Positions 9,879-18,710 of a DNA stretch of 64,000 nucleotides are shown piece by piece; position 1 is the stretch's first letter, and each line of letters opens with the position of its first letter. The translations under genes were made by a program, and so were the position numbers. The DNA is from a virus. Lineage: Duplodnaviria; Caudoviricetes. The notes under the pieces were generated by a model. It saw nothing but the letters and a program-made list of their open reading frames with translations, did no database searches and was not told the origin of the DNA. The stretch spans positions 1 through 64,000 of IMG/VR virus record IMGVR_UViG_3300035208_005676. One strand, written 5' to 3'.

Positions 9879-10856
9879 CTACAGCTGCTTCTGCTGGCGC
9901 AGCTGCGCGAGCGCGCAGCGCACGATCTCGCGCAGCTCGGCGGACTTCTCCCAGCTTTCGAGAAGGTCCTTCAGGAGGGCGGGGCTCACCGGAGCCGTCT
10001 TCGGCGAAGGCGCGGCCGGCGGAAGCGGAGAGGGGGCGGGCTCGGCGCACGGAGGCACCTCCGGAAGCGGGAGAGTGACAGCGGGGGTGGCTTCCTCGTC
10101 GAGCATGTTGCCCTGCCAGATCGGGCAGGGGTCGCACATGGCCAGGTGCCCGGGGTCGATCCCGTCGACCCCGCTGACAAGGAAGGCTGCGACGACCCCG
10201 CTCCACCCGGCGGAAACAGGCACGCCGGTTCGGCCGCCGGCAACGGCGCGGACGGCGATCATGTTTTTCTGGAATCCACCGCGGCCGCCGGTCGGGTCGA
10301 CGCCTTCCCACCAACCACCCTCGGTTGGAATCAAGGGGACGCCGAGGTGAACAGCGATTGCGCCGCTGGCCTGGACTCCGTGCAAGAGCGACTCCAGGTT
10401 TTGTCGGCCAAGCCCGAACCAGACGCGCTTGCCTTTGCCCACCTGGGCCATCTTACGGCCCCAGGGGGGGCAACCCTCGCGCTTGCAGATCAGCTGGAAG
10501 CGGGAGAGGCTGCCATCCTTGCCGGGCACCTCGACAACCGCGGTGGCATCCGGGCCGAGGTCGTGGGGGGTCACCTGCAGGGCCAGGTCTGCCAGGAAGA
10601 TCTTGTTCGCCTTCCGTGCCACCTTGCACGCGTCCAGGATTCCGGACGGGATCCCCAGGATCCGCTTGTCGCCTTCGGGCAAGATAGGATAGGCTATGGC
10701 CGAGATCCCGTTGCAGGCCACGAGGTAGCCATCGTCGAGCCAGATCCGATCTCGACCCTCGTACTCGGCCTTCCCCTGCTTATTTACCGTGCAGGTGAAA
10801 GCCGACAAGGCTTCGACCAGCTCCACCGGGAGCTTCAACTCGTAGGACTCGGCCAC
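9879..10856 (-). CDS. hypothetical protein (weak beta-clamp-like resemblance)
   Basis: AGGAGG RBS before GTG. YLVACNG loosely recalls clamp LVATDG. Confidence 0.55.
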   Translation of the reverse strand: MAESYELKLPVELVEALSAFTCTVNKQGKAEYEGRDRIWLDDGYLVACNGISAIAYPILPEGDKRILGIPSGILDACKVARKANKIFLADLALQVTPHDLGPDATAVVEVPGKDGSLSRFQLICKREGCPPWGRKMAQVGKGKRVWFGLGRQNLESLLHGVQASGAIAVHLGVPLIPTEGGWWEGVDPTGGRGGFQKNMIAVRAVAGGRTGVPVSAGWSGVVAAFLVSGVDGIDPGHLAMCDPCPIWQGNMLDEEATPAVTLPLPEVPPCAEPAPSPLPPAAPSPKTAPVSPALLKDLLESWEKSAELREIVRCALAQLRQQKQL

Positions 10857-10958
10857 CGGGACACCTCCTGTTCCTGCTCGCACCAGATCTGTACCCCGAG
10901 AATGGAAAGTCGGCCAACAATTCGACCGGAGGCAAGCAGGGAGCCGCAAAGACGCCTC

Positions 10959-10987
10959 TTGACATCTTGCTAGAGAGTCACTAGGCT
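10959..10987 (+). promoter_or_regulatory. sigma70-type promoter of the rightward replication operon
   Basis: TTGACA-17-TAGGCT in the divergent intergenic region; near-copy at 29722. Confidence 0.7.
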
Positions 10988-11015
10988 AGTAGGGCAAGCG
11001 CCGGAGAGAGTCGCG

Positions 11016-11031
11016 GCGAAACGCGTTTCGC
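11016..11031. repeat. 16-bp palindrome copy 3 (divergent intergenic region)
   Basis: exact match. Confidence 0.95.
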
Positions 11032-11072
11032 CCCCCGGTAAAGTGACGCAGGAAGATTGCAGCGGAGGTAAA

Positions 11073-11495
11073 ATGAAGCCGAAAAAGCTACCCCAGGGCA
11101 CCGGGCTGGTTGCTGTCGGCGCTGTTGCCGTTGTTGCGGCCGGCGGGTTTTTGGCGGAGAGTGCGCCGCTGGCCCGGCTCCCGCTTTCCAAGACAATGCG
11201 GCGGCTCGGAGAGAAGGGAGATCTCCTCTGCGCCCTGCTCTCCCACGAGCAGCGCCGGGCGTTCGAGGAGGGCTTCGCCCAGGAGCGCCACCTGCTCCAC
11301 GGGATTCGCTGCTTCCGGCTGAACGGCGAGGGCGAGGTGGTTCCGGAAGGCTGGTCCAACGGCGTCAACGCCTGGGTGGACGTTGCTGCGGCGAAGACGG
11401 CGCAACTCCTGGCAGGGGAACCGGGGGACACGATCTGGCGCTGCCGGATGGCCTGGGCGCTTGTCGTCGAGGCAGCGCGGGCGGGGGGGCTCTGA
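11073..11495 (+). CDS. hypothetical protein
   Basis: GGAGGT RBS + ATG; TGATG coupling to the next gene. Confidence 0.7.
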   Translation: MKPKKLPQGTGLVAVGAVAVVAAGGFLAESAPLARLPLSKTMRRLGEKGDLLCALLSHEQRRAFEEGFAQERHLLHGIRCFRLNGEGEVVPEGWSNGVNAWVDVAAAKTAQLLAGEPGDTIWRCRMAWALVVEAARAGGL

Positions 11496-11929
11496 TGCGC
11501 CGGCCACGCTGCTACATCATCGGGCCATTTAGGGCCCAGACCGAACTGGGCCGGCGGCAGAACATTGCCGCTGCAGAGCGCACGGCGTTGAACGTGGCCG
11601 CTGTCGGCTACTTCTACCGCTGCCCGCATCTGCACAGCGCGCACTTTGACGGGCAGCTCGACGACGCATACTGGCTTGCCCTCGGGCTGGACCTGCTGAG
11701 CGAGTGCGACGTTGCCTACCTCGTCCCCGACCCCGCCTGCCCGGAAGGAATGCTGCTCGGTCGGTCCTGGCTCGACCCGACCGGAGGCTGCGTCTCGACA
11801 GGCAGCACAGCCGAGGTGGCATGGTGCTACGAGCACGGTATCCCCGTGTTCTACAACGAGAAGCAGCTCCGGAGTTTCGTCGACAACTGGAACTGTCGGG
11901 ACGCAGGGAAGCTCCCGGAAAACGAGTGA
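11495..11929 (+). CDS. DUF1937/DUF4406-type nucleoside deoxyribosyltransferase-like protein
   Basis: YIIGPF..., CPH, LLSECD, STGSTAEVAW...GIPVF. Confidence 0.7.
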   Translation: MRRPRCYIIGPFRAQTELGRRQNIAAAERTALNVAAVGYFYRCPHLHSAHFDGQLDDAYWLALGLDLLSECDVAYLVPDPACPEGMLLGRSWLDPTGGCVSTGSTAEVAWCYEHGIPVFYNEKQLRSFVDNWNCRDAGKLPENE

Positions 11930-12101
11930 ATCATGATCGAAGTTTTGCCCCGCAAACCCGCACGGCGTAAGGCCCCGCTCTTCCCCTCGCGGGCGGGTGC
12001 GCGCGCGCCTGCTATGGGGCCAGTAGGCCCTTACTTTTCTTGTCTTACTCCTGACATTCCATTCAGAGTGTATTTTCTCTGTCTTCTTGTTTTTCTTGAA
12101 A

Positions 12102-12117
12102 GCGAAACGCGTTTCGC
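12102..12117. repeat. 16-bp palindrome copy 4 (in AT/pyrimidine-rich tract)
   Basis: exact match. Confidence 0.95.
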
Positions 12118-12153
12118 GTTCATTCCTAATTTCTTTTCAAGGGTCGGCGGTTC

Positions 12154-13845
12154 ATGCTAATCCGACTTTCCGGAGACGAGATCCTCTTCTATGGCCTGCA
12201 GCGCGAAGCCGCATGGCAGGCTCATTTGCGCTACAATCCGAGCGAGAAAGCGTGGGTCGCGAAGGCCACGCCACGCTATGCGGACTTGCTGTCGCGCTTC
12301 TTCCGGTCAGAAGACCTCGGAGTGGCAAAACCTCTTGTGGATCAGCTACTTTCTTTGCAAAACCAGGAGGAAGTGGATCTGGCGCATCTCCGGGCGACGA
12401 GAGCAGACCGAGCCGAGGTCGACAAGCTCTTCGATCTCCTCCCTGGACTCGACCGGGTAGCCTTGTACCACCACCAGAAGCAGGCCATTCTGCACGGTGT
12501 TTTGTTTCCCAGATGGTGCTACTGGATGCAGATGGGCACCGGAAAGACACTGGCAGCGCTGGCTACTTTCCGGACGCTACTGGAGCAGGGGGAGGTCTCC
12601 CGGTGCCTGGTAGTAGCCCCGTCTCGGTTACTTCACGAAGCCTGGGAGAGACAGGCAAGGCAGTTTCTCGGCCTATCCGTACTGGTAGCCGAGAAGGTAC
12701 CGCTGAAACAGCGAATGCAGCTGGTTCGGGATTCCACGGAGCAGGTGGTCGTGATTTCCTACAAGGCTATCCGGAAGTTCGGCGCACAGTACGCAGCTAT
12801 CCTCCAAGCGGGAGCTTGGCTGGCAATCTTTGACGAGGCTGCGCGCTACGTTGGTGGGAAGAGCTTACAAGGGGATGCGGCCGGGCAGATCAGCGCAGCG
12901 GCGGCCCGGGTACTTTTGCTCACCGGAACACCCTTCACGGGAGACGTGGAGCGCTTCTACCGGCAGATAACGATCCTCGACCTCGGAGAGACGTTCGGAC
13001 CTTCCTGGGGTCGGTTTATTCAGCTAGCCTTGGACTGGGGTGCAACGCAGGACTACTGGGGGAAGGTTCACTGGGATAAATCGCCACCCTTCCTGGCCTA
13101 TCTTCGGGAGGGAGTGCGCCGCAACTCGGTTCAATGGGATCGGGATGAGTGCCTAGACCTTCCGGAGCGGGTGCTTCGGGATATACCTGTGACCCTGGGT
13201 CCGGAGACGGCCAAGGTCTACCACGCCGTAAAGACAGGCGGATCCGTCCCGGGTTTCGGGATTGCGCTTCCCTCTGGCGCGGTCAAGGCTCTGCGGATGG
13301 CCCAGGTAACGTCGGGTTACGTCTACCAGGAAGATCCTGACGGGGTCTACCGGGGGAAGTACCGCCGGTTGGCCGACAATACCAAGCTGGATGCGCTCCT
13401 GGAGATCCTTTCCGACGAGCTGGAAGGGGAGAAGGTGATCGTCTGGGTGCGCTGGTTAGAAGAGCTGGACGTGGTCGCCGAGGGCTTGAAGAAGAGCCGG
13501 ATTGGCTTTGTGGAGCTGTCCGGGCGGACGTCCAAGCGGGTAAGCGAGCAGCTGTCGGTCTGGCGCGCTCCGGACGGGCCTACGGTGCTGCTGGCGACTG
13601 TGCAGACCGGCGGGGAGGGCCTGACCCTCAACGAGGCGTCGGCCATGGTTTTCTTCTCGGTCGGGTACGACTGGGAGGTCTACCAGCAGGCCATCGATCG
13701 AAACTACCGGATCGGCCAGCAGAAGCGGGTCGTGGTTCTCCGGCTGGTCGCGCAGAAGACCGTGGACGTCGAGATCGTGAAGGTGCTCGCCCGGAAGGGC
13801 CGGCTGGCGGATCTGGTCCTCGGGGCTGGGGAGGGGGGCGCTTGA
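12154..13845 (+). CDS. SNF2-family helicase
   Basis: HQKQA, QMGTGKT, FDEA, LTGTP, GGEGLTL, QAIDRNYRIGQ. Confidence 0.9.
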   Translation: MLIRLSGDEILFYGLQREAAWQAHLRYNPSEKAWVAKATPRYADLLSRFFRSEDLGVAKPLVDQLLSLQNQEEVDLAHLRATRADRAEVDKLFDLLPGLDRVALYHHQKQAILHGVLFPRWCYWMQMGTGKTLAALATFRTLLEQGEVSRCLVVAPSRLLHEAWERQARQFLGLSVLVAEKVPLKQRMQLVRDSTEQVVVISYKAIRKFGAQYAAILQAGAWLAIFDEAARYVGGKSLQGDAAGQISAAAARVLLLTGTPFTGDVERFYRQITILDLGETFGPSWGRFIQLALDWGATQDYWGKVHWDKSPPFLAYLREGVRRNSVQWDRDECLDLPERVLRDIPVTLGPETAKVYHAVKTGGSVPGFGIALPSGAVKALRMAQVTSGYVYQEDPDGVYRGKYRRLADNTKLDALLEILSDELEGEKVIVWVRWLEELDVVAEGLKKSRIGFVELSGRTSKRVSEQLSVWRAPDGPTVLLATVQTGGEGLTLNEASAMVFFSVGYDWEVYQQAIDRNYRIGQQKRVVVLRLVAQKTVDVEIVKVLARKGRLADLVLGAGEGGA

Positions 13846-15221
13846 CCATCTTCGGGGAAAACTACCGCCCGGACGCGTTCGCCTTCTTGCCGGAGTTTCA
13901 GTTGCGGCTGCTCGCGCTGCTTGTCCGGGATCGTCGCTGGCTTGCCGGCCATCGGTCGGCGGTCGACTACCGCTACTGGGAAGACCCGTCCCAGGCAATC
14001 CTGGCTGAGCTGCTGCTCAGCCACTACGACCGCTACCACGTCCCGCCAGACGAGCTGGAGCTGGCTGAGGCGCTGGACTCCTACCTGGAGCGGCGGAAGG
14101 ACCGGGAGCCGCTGCGGGACCACCTGGCGGACGCGCTCCAGCAGGTTTTCGGGACCGACCTCGGGACGGTGGAGCACCTCTCCGAGAAGCTCCTGGAGTT
14201 CGCCAAGCATCAGGCCGTCAAGGCCGCAGTGATCCGGTCGGCCTCGCTGCTGCCCGAGGGGGACTACTCGGAGATCGAAGAGCTGATGCGCACCGCGCTG
14301 ACCCTCGACGTGGACCGCTCCAAGGCTGGCGAGCGGTACGCCGACCTTTATGCCCGGGTCGCGCGGATGGACTTCGCGGATCTTCGCCGGCCGGTGCCGG
14401 TGGGGATCGGCCAGCTGGACGCGGCCCTGGGCGGCGGGCTCGGGCGGACAGAGCTGGGGCTGATTGAAGGGGATACCGGACTGGGTAAGACTCTAGCCCT
14501 GATTGACTTTGCGGCCGGGGCCTGTCTCGCCGGCTACGTCGTGTTCTATGCCTCCCTGGAGGATCCGATTTCCAAGCTGACCGAGCGGCTCAATCGGCGG
14601 CTGACCGGTTGGACCCGCAAGGAGATCGAGGCCCGGAAGGAAGAGACGGTCACGCGGATTGAATCCATCCTCCGGTTCACCCGCGGGGAGATCCTGCTGG
14701 CCTGGTTTCCTCCGGACGTGACCTCTTGGGAGGTGATCCCGGAGTCGATTCGAGCCAAGGAGGCCGAGATCGGGCGGACGGTGGACCTTGTGATCGTCGA
14801 CTACTTGAACAAGGTCAAGCCGCCCCGGGACGGGCAGAAAGACCACGAAGCGGCGAAGGATCTGGCGTTGCGGATGGTGGGCTACCTCGGGGAAACGGAG
14901 AAGGCCGGTTGGTCGGCGGTGCAGGTGACGGCCGAGGGTGGCAAGGCCAAGACGGTGACCCACCAGCACGCGTTCGGCGGCCGGGCTCAGACCCATCCGG
15001 CCCGGGTGATCCTGGGGCTGAGTCAGACGGAGCAGGAGGCCGGCGCGAAGCCCTGGCCGAAGCTGCGGGTCAACATCAGCAAAAGCACGGACAGCCGGGC
15101 TCGGCGGGCGATTCCCTGCTACGTCGACTACGAGCGCTCCCGGCTGGTTCCCTACGAGGAGCAGAAGGACGAGGTCGCCGCGGGCGCGCCGCCGGTGATC
15201 GGGGAGAAGGCGAAGCCATGA
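13842..15221 (+). CDS. DnaB-like replicative helicase
   Basis: GIGQLDAALGGG, GDTGLGKT, SLE, IVDYL. Confidence 0.88.
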   Translation: MTIFGENYRPDAFAFLPEFQLRLLALLVRDRRWLAGHRSAVDYRYWEDPSQAILAELLLSHYDRYHVPPDELELAEALDSYLERRKDREPLRDHLADALQQVFGTDLGTVEHLSEKLLEFAKHQAVKAAVIRSASLLPEGDYSEIEELMRTALTLDVDRSKAGERYADLYARVARMDFADLRRPVPVGIGQLDAALGGGLGRTELGLIEGDTGLGKTLALIDFAAGACLAGYVVFYASLEDPISKLTERLNRRLTGWTRKEIEARKEETVTRIESILRFTRGEILLAWFPPDVTSWEVIPESIRAKEAEIGRTVDLVIVDYLNKVKPPRDGQKDHEAAKDLALRMVGYLGETEKAGWSAVQVTAEGGKAKTVTHQHAFGGRAQTHPARVILGLSQTEQEAGAKPWPKLRVNISKSTDSRARRAIPCYVDYERSRLVPYEEQKDEVAAGAPPVIGEKAKP

Positions 15222-15430
15222 TGACCCCACTTCAGCGCTGTGTGCTCGACGCTGTGCTCGCCTGCCCAGGGGGGATCTCCCTGGATGACCTTGCCGCGGG
15301 CTACGTCCCGGCGCGCCGGTCTCTCGCGGCAGCTCGCGCCTCTGTCCGTGACGTGCTCCACCGCCTCGGGGCCGAAGGGCTGGTCGAGTCGGTTGACGCC
15401 GGGGAGCATTGGCGGAGGGCTGAGCCGTGA
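15218..15430 (+). CDS. small winged-helix-like protein
   Basis: Coupled ORF; SVRDVLHRLGAEGLVES. Confidence 0.5.
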   Translation: MMTPLQRCVLDAVLACPGGISLDDLAAGYVPARRSLAAARASVRDVLHRLGAEGLVESVDAGEHWRRAEP

Positions 15431-16251
15431 GGGACCAGTTGCCCGTTGAAGCCCCTGCCCCGAAGAAGCGGCTGGCCGCCGAGGAGGTCACTGCCGGCCT
15501 GCGGTTGCTGCTCCGTTCCCGGTACGGCGAGGCTCGGCGCTATGCCGTCTTGGAGGAGGTGGCCGACTCGACGGGCTACGCCGCCAGCCGGTCCTGTGAC
15601 CTCGTCGCGTTCAACCTCTGGCCGTCCGACGGCCTGGAGTGGCAGGGCCACGAGATCAAGGCGTCCCGATCGGACTGGCTCAGGGAGATCAAAGACCCTG
15701 ACAAGGCCGATGCCTTCGCGATCTACTGCGACCGGTGGTGGATCGTGGCCGGCGACAAGGCAATGGTCCAGATCGGGGAGCTGCGGGAGGGCTGGGGGCT
15801 GATGGTGCCCGGCGCGAAGGGGCTGCGGGTCGTCGTCGGCGCGGCCAAGCGGGAGCCGAAGCAGGTGCCCCGGCGGCTTGTGGCGGCCATCCTGCGACGG
15901 TCGCAGGAATCCTCCCCGGGCGAGCGGGAGCGGCTGCTCCTGCGGGACCAGTTGAGCCGGGCGACTGGCGACGCGGTGCAGGAACAGCGGCGGGCAGAGC
16001 GGGAGCGGGACCGTCTACAAGGCGAGTTGGACAGCCTCCGTAAGGGCCTGGCCGACTTCGAGACAGCCAGCGGAATCAGGGTCGAAGGGTACAGCGGCAA
16101 GCGTCTGGGGGAGCAGGTAGCGCTGTTGGGGCGGACGCAGATCCCGCCCTACCGGATCAGTGAGTACCGGCGGCTGGCGACTACGGCAGAGGGTCTGGCC
16201 CGGGAGGCCAAGGAAGCGGCAGACGCGGCCGAGCTGTTTGCGGGGAGGTGA
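15427..16251 (+). CDS. MmcB-like PD-(D/E)XK nuclease with C-terminal coiled coil
   Basis: EEV...CDLVAFNLWPS...HEIKASRSDWLRE...K...CDRWWIV. Confidence 0.7.
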   Translation: MRDQLPVEAPAPKKRLAAEEVTAGLRLLLRSRYGEARRYAVLEEVADSTGYAASRSCDLVAFNLWPSDGLEWQGHEIKASRSDWLREIKDPDKADAFAIYCDRWWIVAGDKAMVQIGELREGWGLMVPGAKGLRVVVGAAKREPKQVPRRLVAAILRRSQESSPGERERLLLRDQLSRATGDAVQEQRRAERERDRLQGELDSLRKGLADFETASGIRVEGYSGKRLGEQVALLGRTQIPPYRISEYRRLATTAEGLAREAKEAADAAELFAGR

Positions 16252-16634
16252 CCGTGCGCAGGAACAGGCGGGTGGATCTCAGTCTTTTCGGAGCTGGTTG
16301 TCGCGATCTGCGTGCTGAGGCGCAGGCGCGGGACCGTGCTTTGGATCTCCTGGCCGAGTATCGTGCGCTGCTCGTGGCAGAGGCCAGGGCGATCGCGTTG
16401 CGGATCTGCCAGGAGCGCGGGCGGGTGACGTCGAGCCAGGTACTCGCGGAGCTGCGCGGTCGGGAAGACCTGGCGGCCGCGCTGGCCGCTGCCGACCCGC
16501 GGTTCATGGGAGTGGTGTTTCGCGGGGAGCCGTGGAAGCAGCTGGGGTGGGCTTCGACCGGGTCTCATCGTCGGCGGGTGCCGGTCTGGGGGCAGGGGAG
16601 CAATCTGGGCTTCCTGTTGAAGGAGGAAGGCTGA
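16248..16634 (+). CDS. hypothetical protein
   Basis: coupled ORF with GGAGG RBS. Confidence 0.65.
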   Translation: MTVRRNRRVDLSLFGAGCRDLRAEAQARDRALDLLAEYRALLVAEARAIALRICQERGRVTSSQVLAELRGREDLAAALAAADPRFMGVVFRGEPWKQLGWASTGSHRRRVPVWGQGSNLGFLLKEEG

Positions 16635-16972
16635 TGCCGTTCAAGGAGCAGCTGGCCGATGCACAGGCCAGGCGAGACTACTGGAAAGATCGGCCGCTGT
16701 CTTCTGCAGATGCCGGGGTTGCTATCAGGCTGTACGCGGCGTGGGAGACGACGGTCGGCCATTTGCAGCGGATCATTCATGCGGAGGCTTCTTTTGACGC
16801 TGCGGAGGCTGCTTACCAGGAGGCGGAGCGTGTCCGCAATGCCGCTGCTGATGCTTTGGGTCACGTTTTGACCTGTTATGAGGATTCGTACTACCAGAGT
16901 CAAGACCTGGAGAGCGCAGCGGTGCGGCTCGGGTGTACGCCGCCGGGGGAGGGTTACTGTGCGCCGGAGTGA
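16634..16972 (+). CDS. hypothetical protein
   Basis: AGGAGG RBS, TGATG coupling. Confidence 0.65.
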   Translation: MPFKEQLADAQARRDYWKDRPLSSADAGVAIRLYAAWETTVGHLQRIIHAEASFDAAEAAYQEAERVRNAAADALGHVLTCYEDSYYQSQDLESAAVRLGCTPPGEGYCAPE

Positions 16973-17942
16973 CCTTCTCCAGTCCGCTCTGGAGAGCGGC
17001 AAGCGGGAGCGCAAAGCGGGGGAGTACACGATCCTCTGTCCATTCTGCGAGGCCAGGATCGGCACGCCCGACGTGACCGGCAACCTCGGGGTGAACGTGC
17101 TCAAGGGCGCTTTCTACTGCTGGCGCTGCCACTGGGGCGGCTCGTTGCGTTACCTGCTGAAGCAGGCCGAGAAGGGCGGTCTGCTGGAGCCGGTGCGGCA
17201 GATTGATCTGCGGGCTGCGCTGCGCCCCCTGGAAAGCCTCCCTGTTGCCTCGCCGGTGGGCTTTCCGGCCTATCCCCTACCTGGGGGGTTCGTCTACCTT
17301 GCCACGGCTCCCGGGGGCTTTGGCGGGCACGCTACAGCGTACCTCCGCGGGCGGGGCGTGACCCCGGCACAGGAGCAGAAGCTCCGGCCGGGGTACACAA
17401 CGCAGGAGTCGGCCCGCGGGGAGCGGGACTGGCGCGGGCGGGTGATCTTCCCGGTCTTCCTGGGGGGCCAGGTGGTCTATTTCGTCGGCCGGTCGTGGGG
17501 GTCGGCGGAGCCGAAGGCGTTGAATCCGCCCCTGCCCGAGGGGCTGGGCAGGCCGATCTGGGGGCTCGACGCGATCCCGCTGGGGGGCGGGGTGGTGCTG
17601 TGCGAGGGGATCCTATCCGCGGCGGCCGTCCCGAACGGCGTTGCGGTGCTCGGCTCGTCGTTGACCGAGGTGCAGCTCTTCCTGCTGCTGTCCCGGATTC
17701 CGAGTCAGATCGTGGTGTTCTTTGACGCTGACGACGCCGGGAGGCAGGGTGCGCGGGACGTGGCCGAGCGACTGCGGAAGATCTGGCCAGGGGAGTTGCG
17801 GGTGGCCTCGCTCGCGGTGGAGGGGAAGGATCCGGGGGACTATCTGGGGGAGCCGGGGGTCATTGCGGAGGCGCTGCGGGGGGCGAGCCCGTTCGGGTTG
17901 ACCGACTCGCTGCGGACGCTAGCAGGGATTCGTCGGAGATAG
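16959..17942 (+). CDS. DNA primase (Zn-finger + TOPRIM)
   Basis: CPFC...CWRC, RVIFPV, FVGR, CEG, FFDADDAG, KDPGD. Confidence 0.9.
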   Translation: MRRSDLLQSALESGKRERKAGEYTILCPFCEARIGTPDVTGNLGVNVLKGAFYCWRCHWGGSLRYLLKQAEKGGLLEPVRQIDLRAALRPLESLPVASPVGFPAYPLPGGFVYLATAPGGFGGHATAYLRGRGVTPAQEQKLRPGYTTQESARGERDWRGRVIFPVFLGGQVVYFVGRSWGSAEPKALNPPLPEGLGRPIWGLDAIPLGGGVVLCEGILSAAAVPNGVAVLGSSLTEVQLFLLLSRIPSQIVVFFDADDAGRQGARDVAERLRKIWPGELRVASLAVEGKDPGDYLGEPGVIAEALRGASPFGLTDSLRTLAGIRRR

Positions 17943-17944
17943 GC

Positions 17945-17973
17945 TTGACGCTGCTTTCGGCGTGTGTTACGTT
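17945..17973 (+). promoter_or_regulatory. putative sigma70 promoter
   Basis: TTGACG-17-TACGTT before the AGGAGG RBS of 17995. Confidence 0.55.
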
Positions 17974-17994
17974 ACTCAATAGGAGGGATTCACG

Positions 17995-18267
17995 ATGGCG
18001 ACTGCGAAGGTGAAAATGGGGCGGAAGGCGCTCCCGGGGACGCGAGTCACGGAGAAAGGGGCCGGCTTCTCGGTCTGGCTTGGACAAGAGTTGCGGGATC
18101 GGTTCTTTGCGCTGGCCGCCGAGCTGAACGTCCCGCCGTCGTCGATGGCCCGGGTGGCAATGAACCTTCTGCTGGATTCCTCCGTAGATGATGAGGTCTT
18201 CAAGAATCAGGTGGCCGAAGCGGCCTCGCCCAAGCAGGGGCGTGAGCGGGTCCGGATCTCCAAGTGA
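17995..18267 (+). CDS. putative ribbon-helix-helix regulator
   Basis: FSVWLGQELRDRFFALAAELNVPPSSMARVAM. Confidence 0.55.
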   Translation: MATAKVKMGRKALPGTRVTEKGAGFSVWLGQELRDRFFALAAELNVPPSSMARVAMNLLLDSSVDDEVFKNQVAEAASPKQGRERVRISK

Positions 18268-18704
18268 GCAGCGCACTCTGGGATGCTCTGGCAGCCCCCG
18301 CGGCCCGGCTGGGGGGCGCTGCGCTCTGCGAAGACGTCCGCGCCGACGCGTGGCTCCGGCTGCAGCCGTTTCAGGAGGAGATCGACGACAAGCTCTCCTC
18401 CTGGGCCTGGCGGGCTACGCGCTGGGAAGTTTCCCGAGAGCGGCGGGCGCAGTCGCGGGAGATCCCCGCGGAGATGCTGGCCTACCCAGTCGCGCGGCCG
18501 GATCCGGAGGCTGTGCTGGTCCTGCGTCGCTTTCTGTTCCGGTGCGCTCCCGACGAGCTGGAGTTGATCCGGCACCGGTTGGACGGGCAGAGCGACATGG
18601 CGGCGGCGGTGCTGCTCTACCCGAACGCGGCGGAGCGGACGGCGCGGCGACGGTTGGCCGAGGTGGCAGCGCGGTTGCGAGCGCGAGCAGCAGCAGAGCT
18701 GTAG
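18264..18704 (+). CDS. hypothetical protein, possibly sigma-factor-like
   Basis: DVRADAWLRL (region-2-like) and C-terminal TARRRL; weak. Confidence 0.4.
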   Translation: MSSALWDALAAPAARLGGAALCEDVRADAWLRLQPFQEEIDDKLSSWAWRATRWEVSRERRAQSREIPAEMLAYPVARPDPEAVLVLRRFLFRCAPDELELIRHRLDGQSDMAAAVLLYPNAAERTARRRLAEVAARLRARAAAEL

Positions 18705-18710
18705 GGGGTA

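Noticed and set aside
11933-12160. 75-aa ORF
   Set aside because: Runs through a low-complexity T-rich tract and has no clear RBS, so it is more likely non-coding. Not fully excluded.
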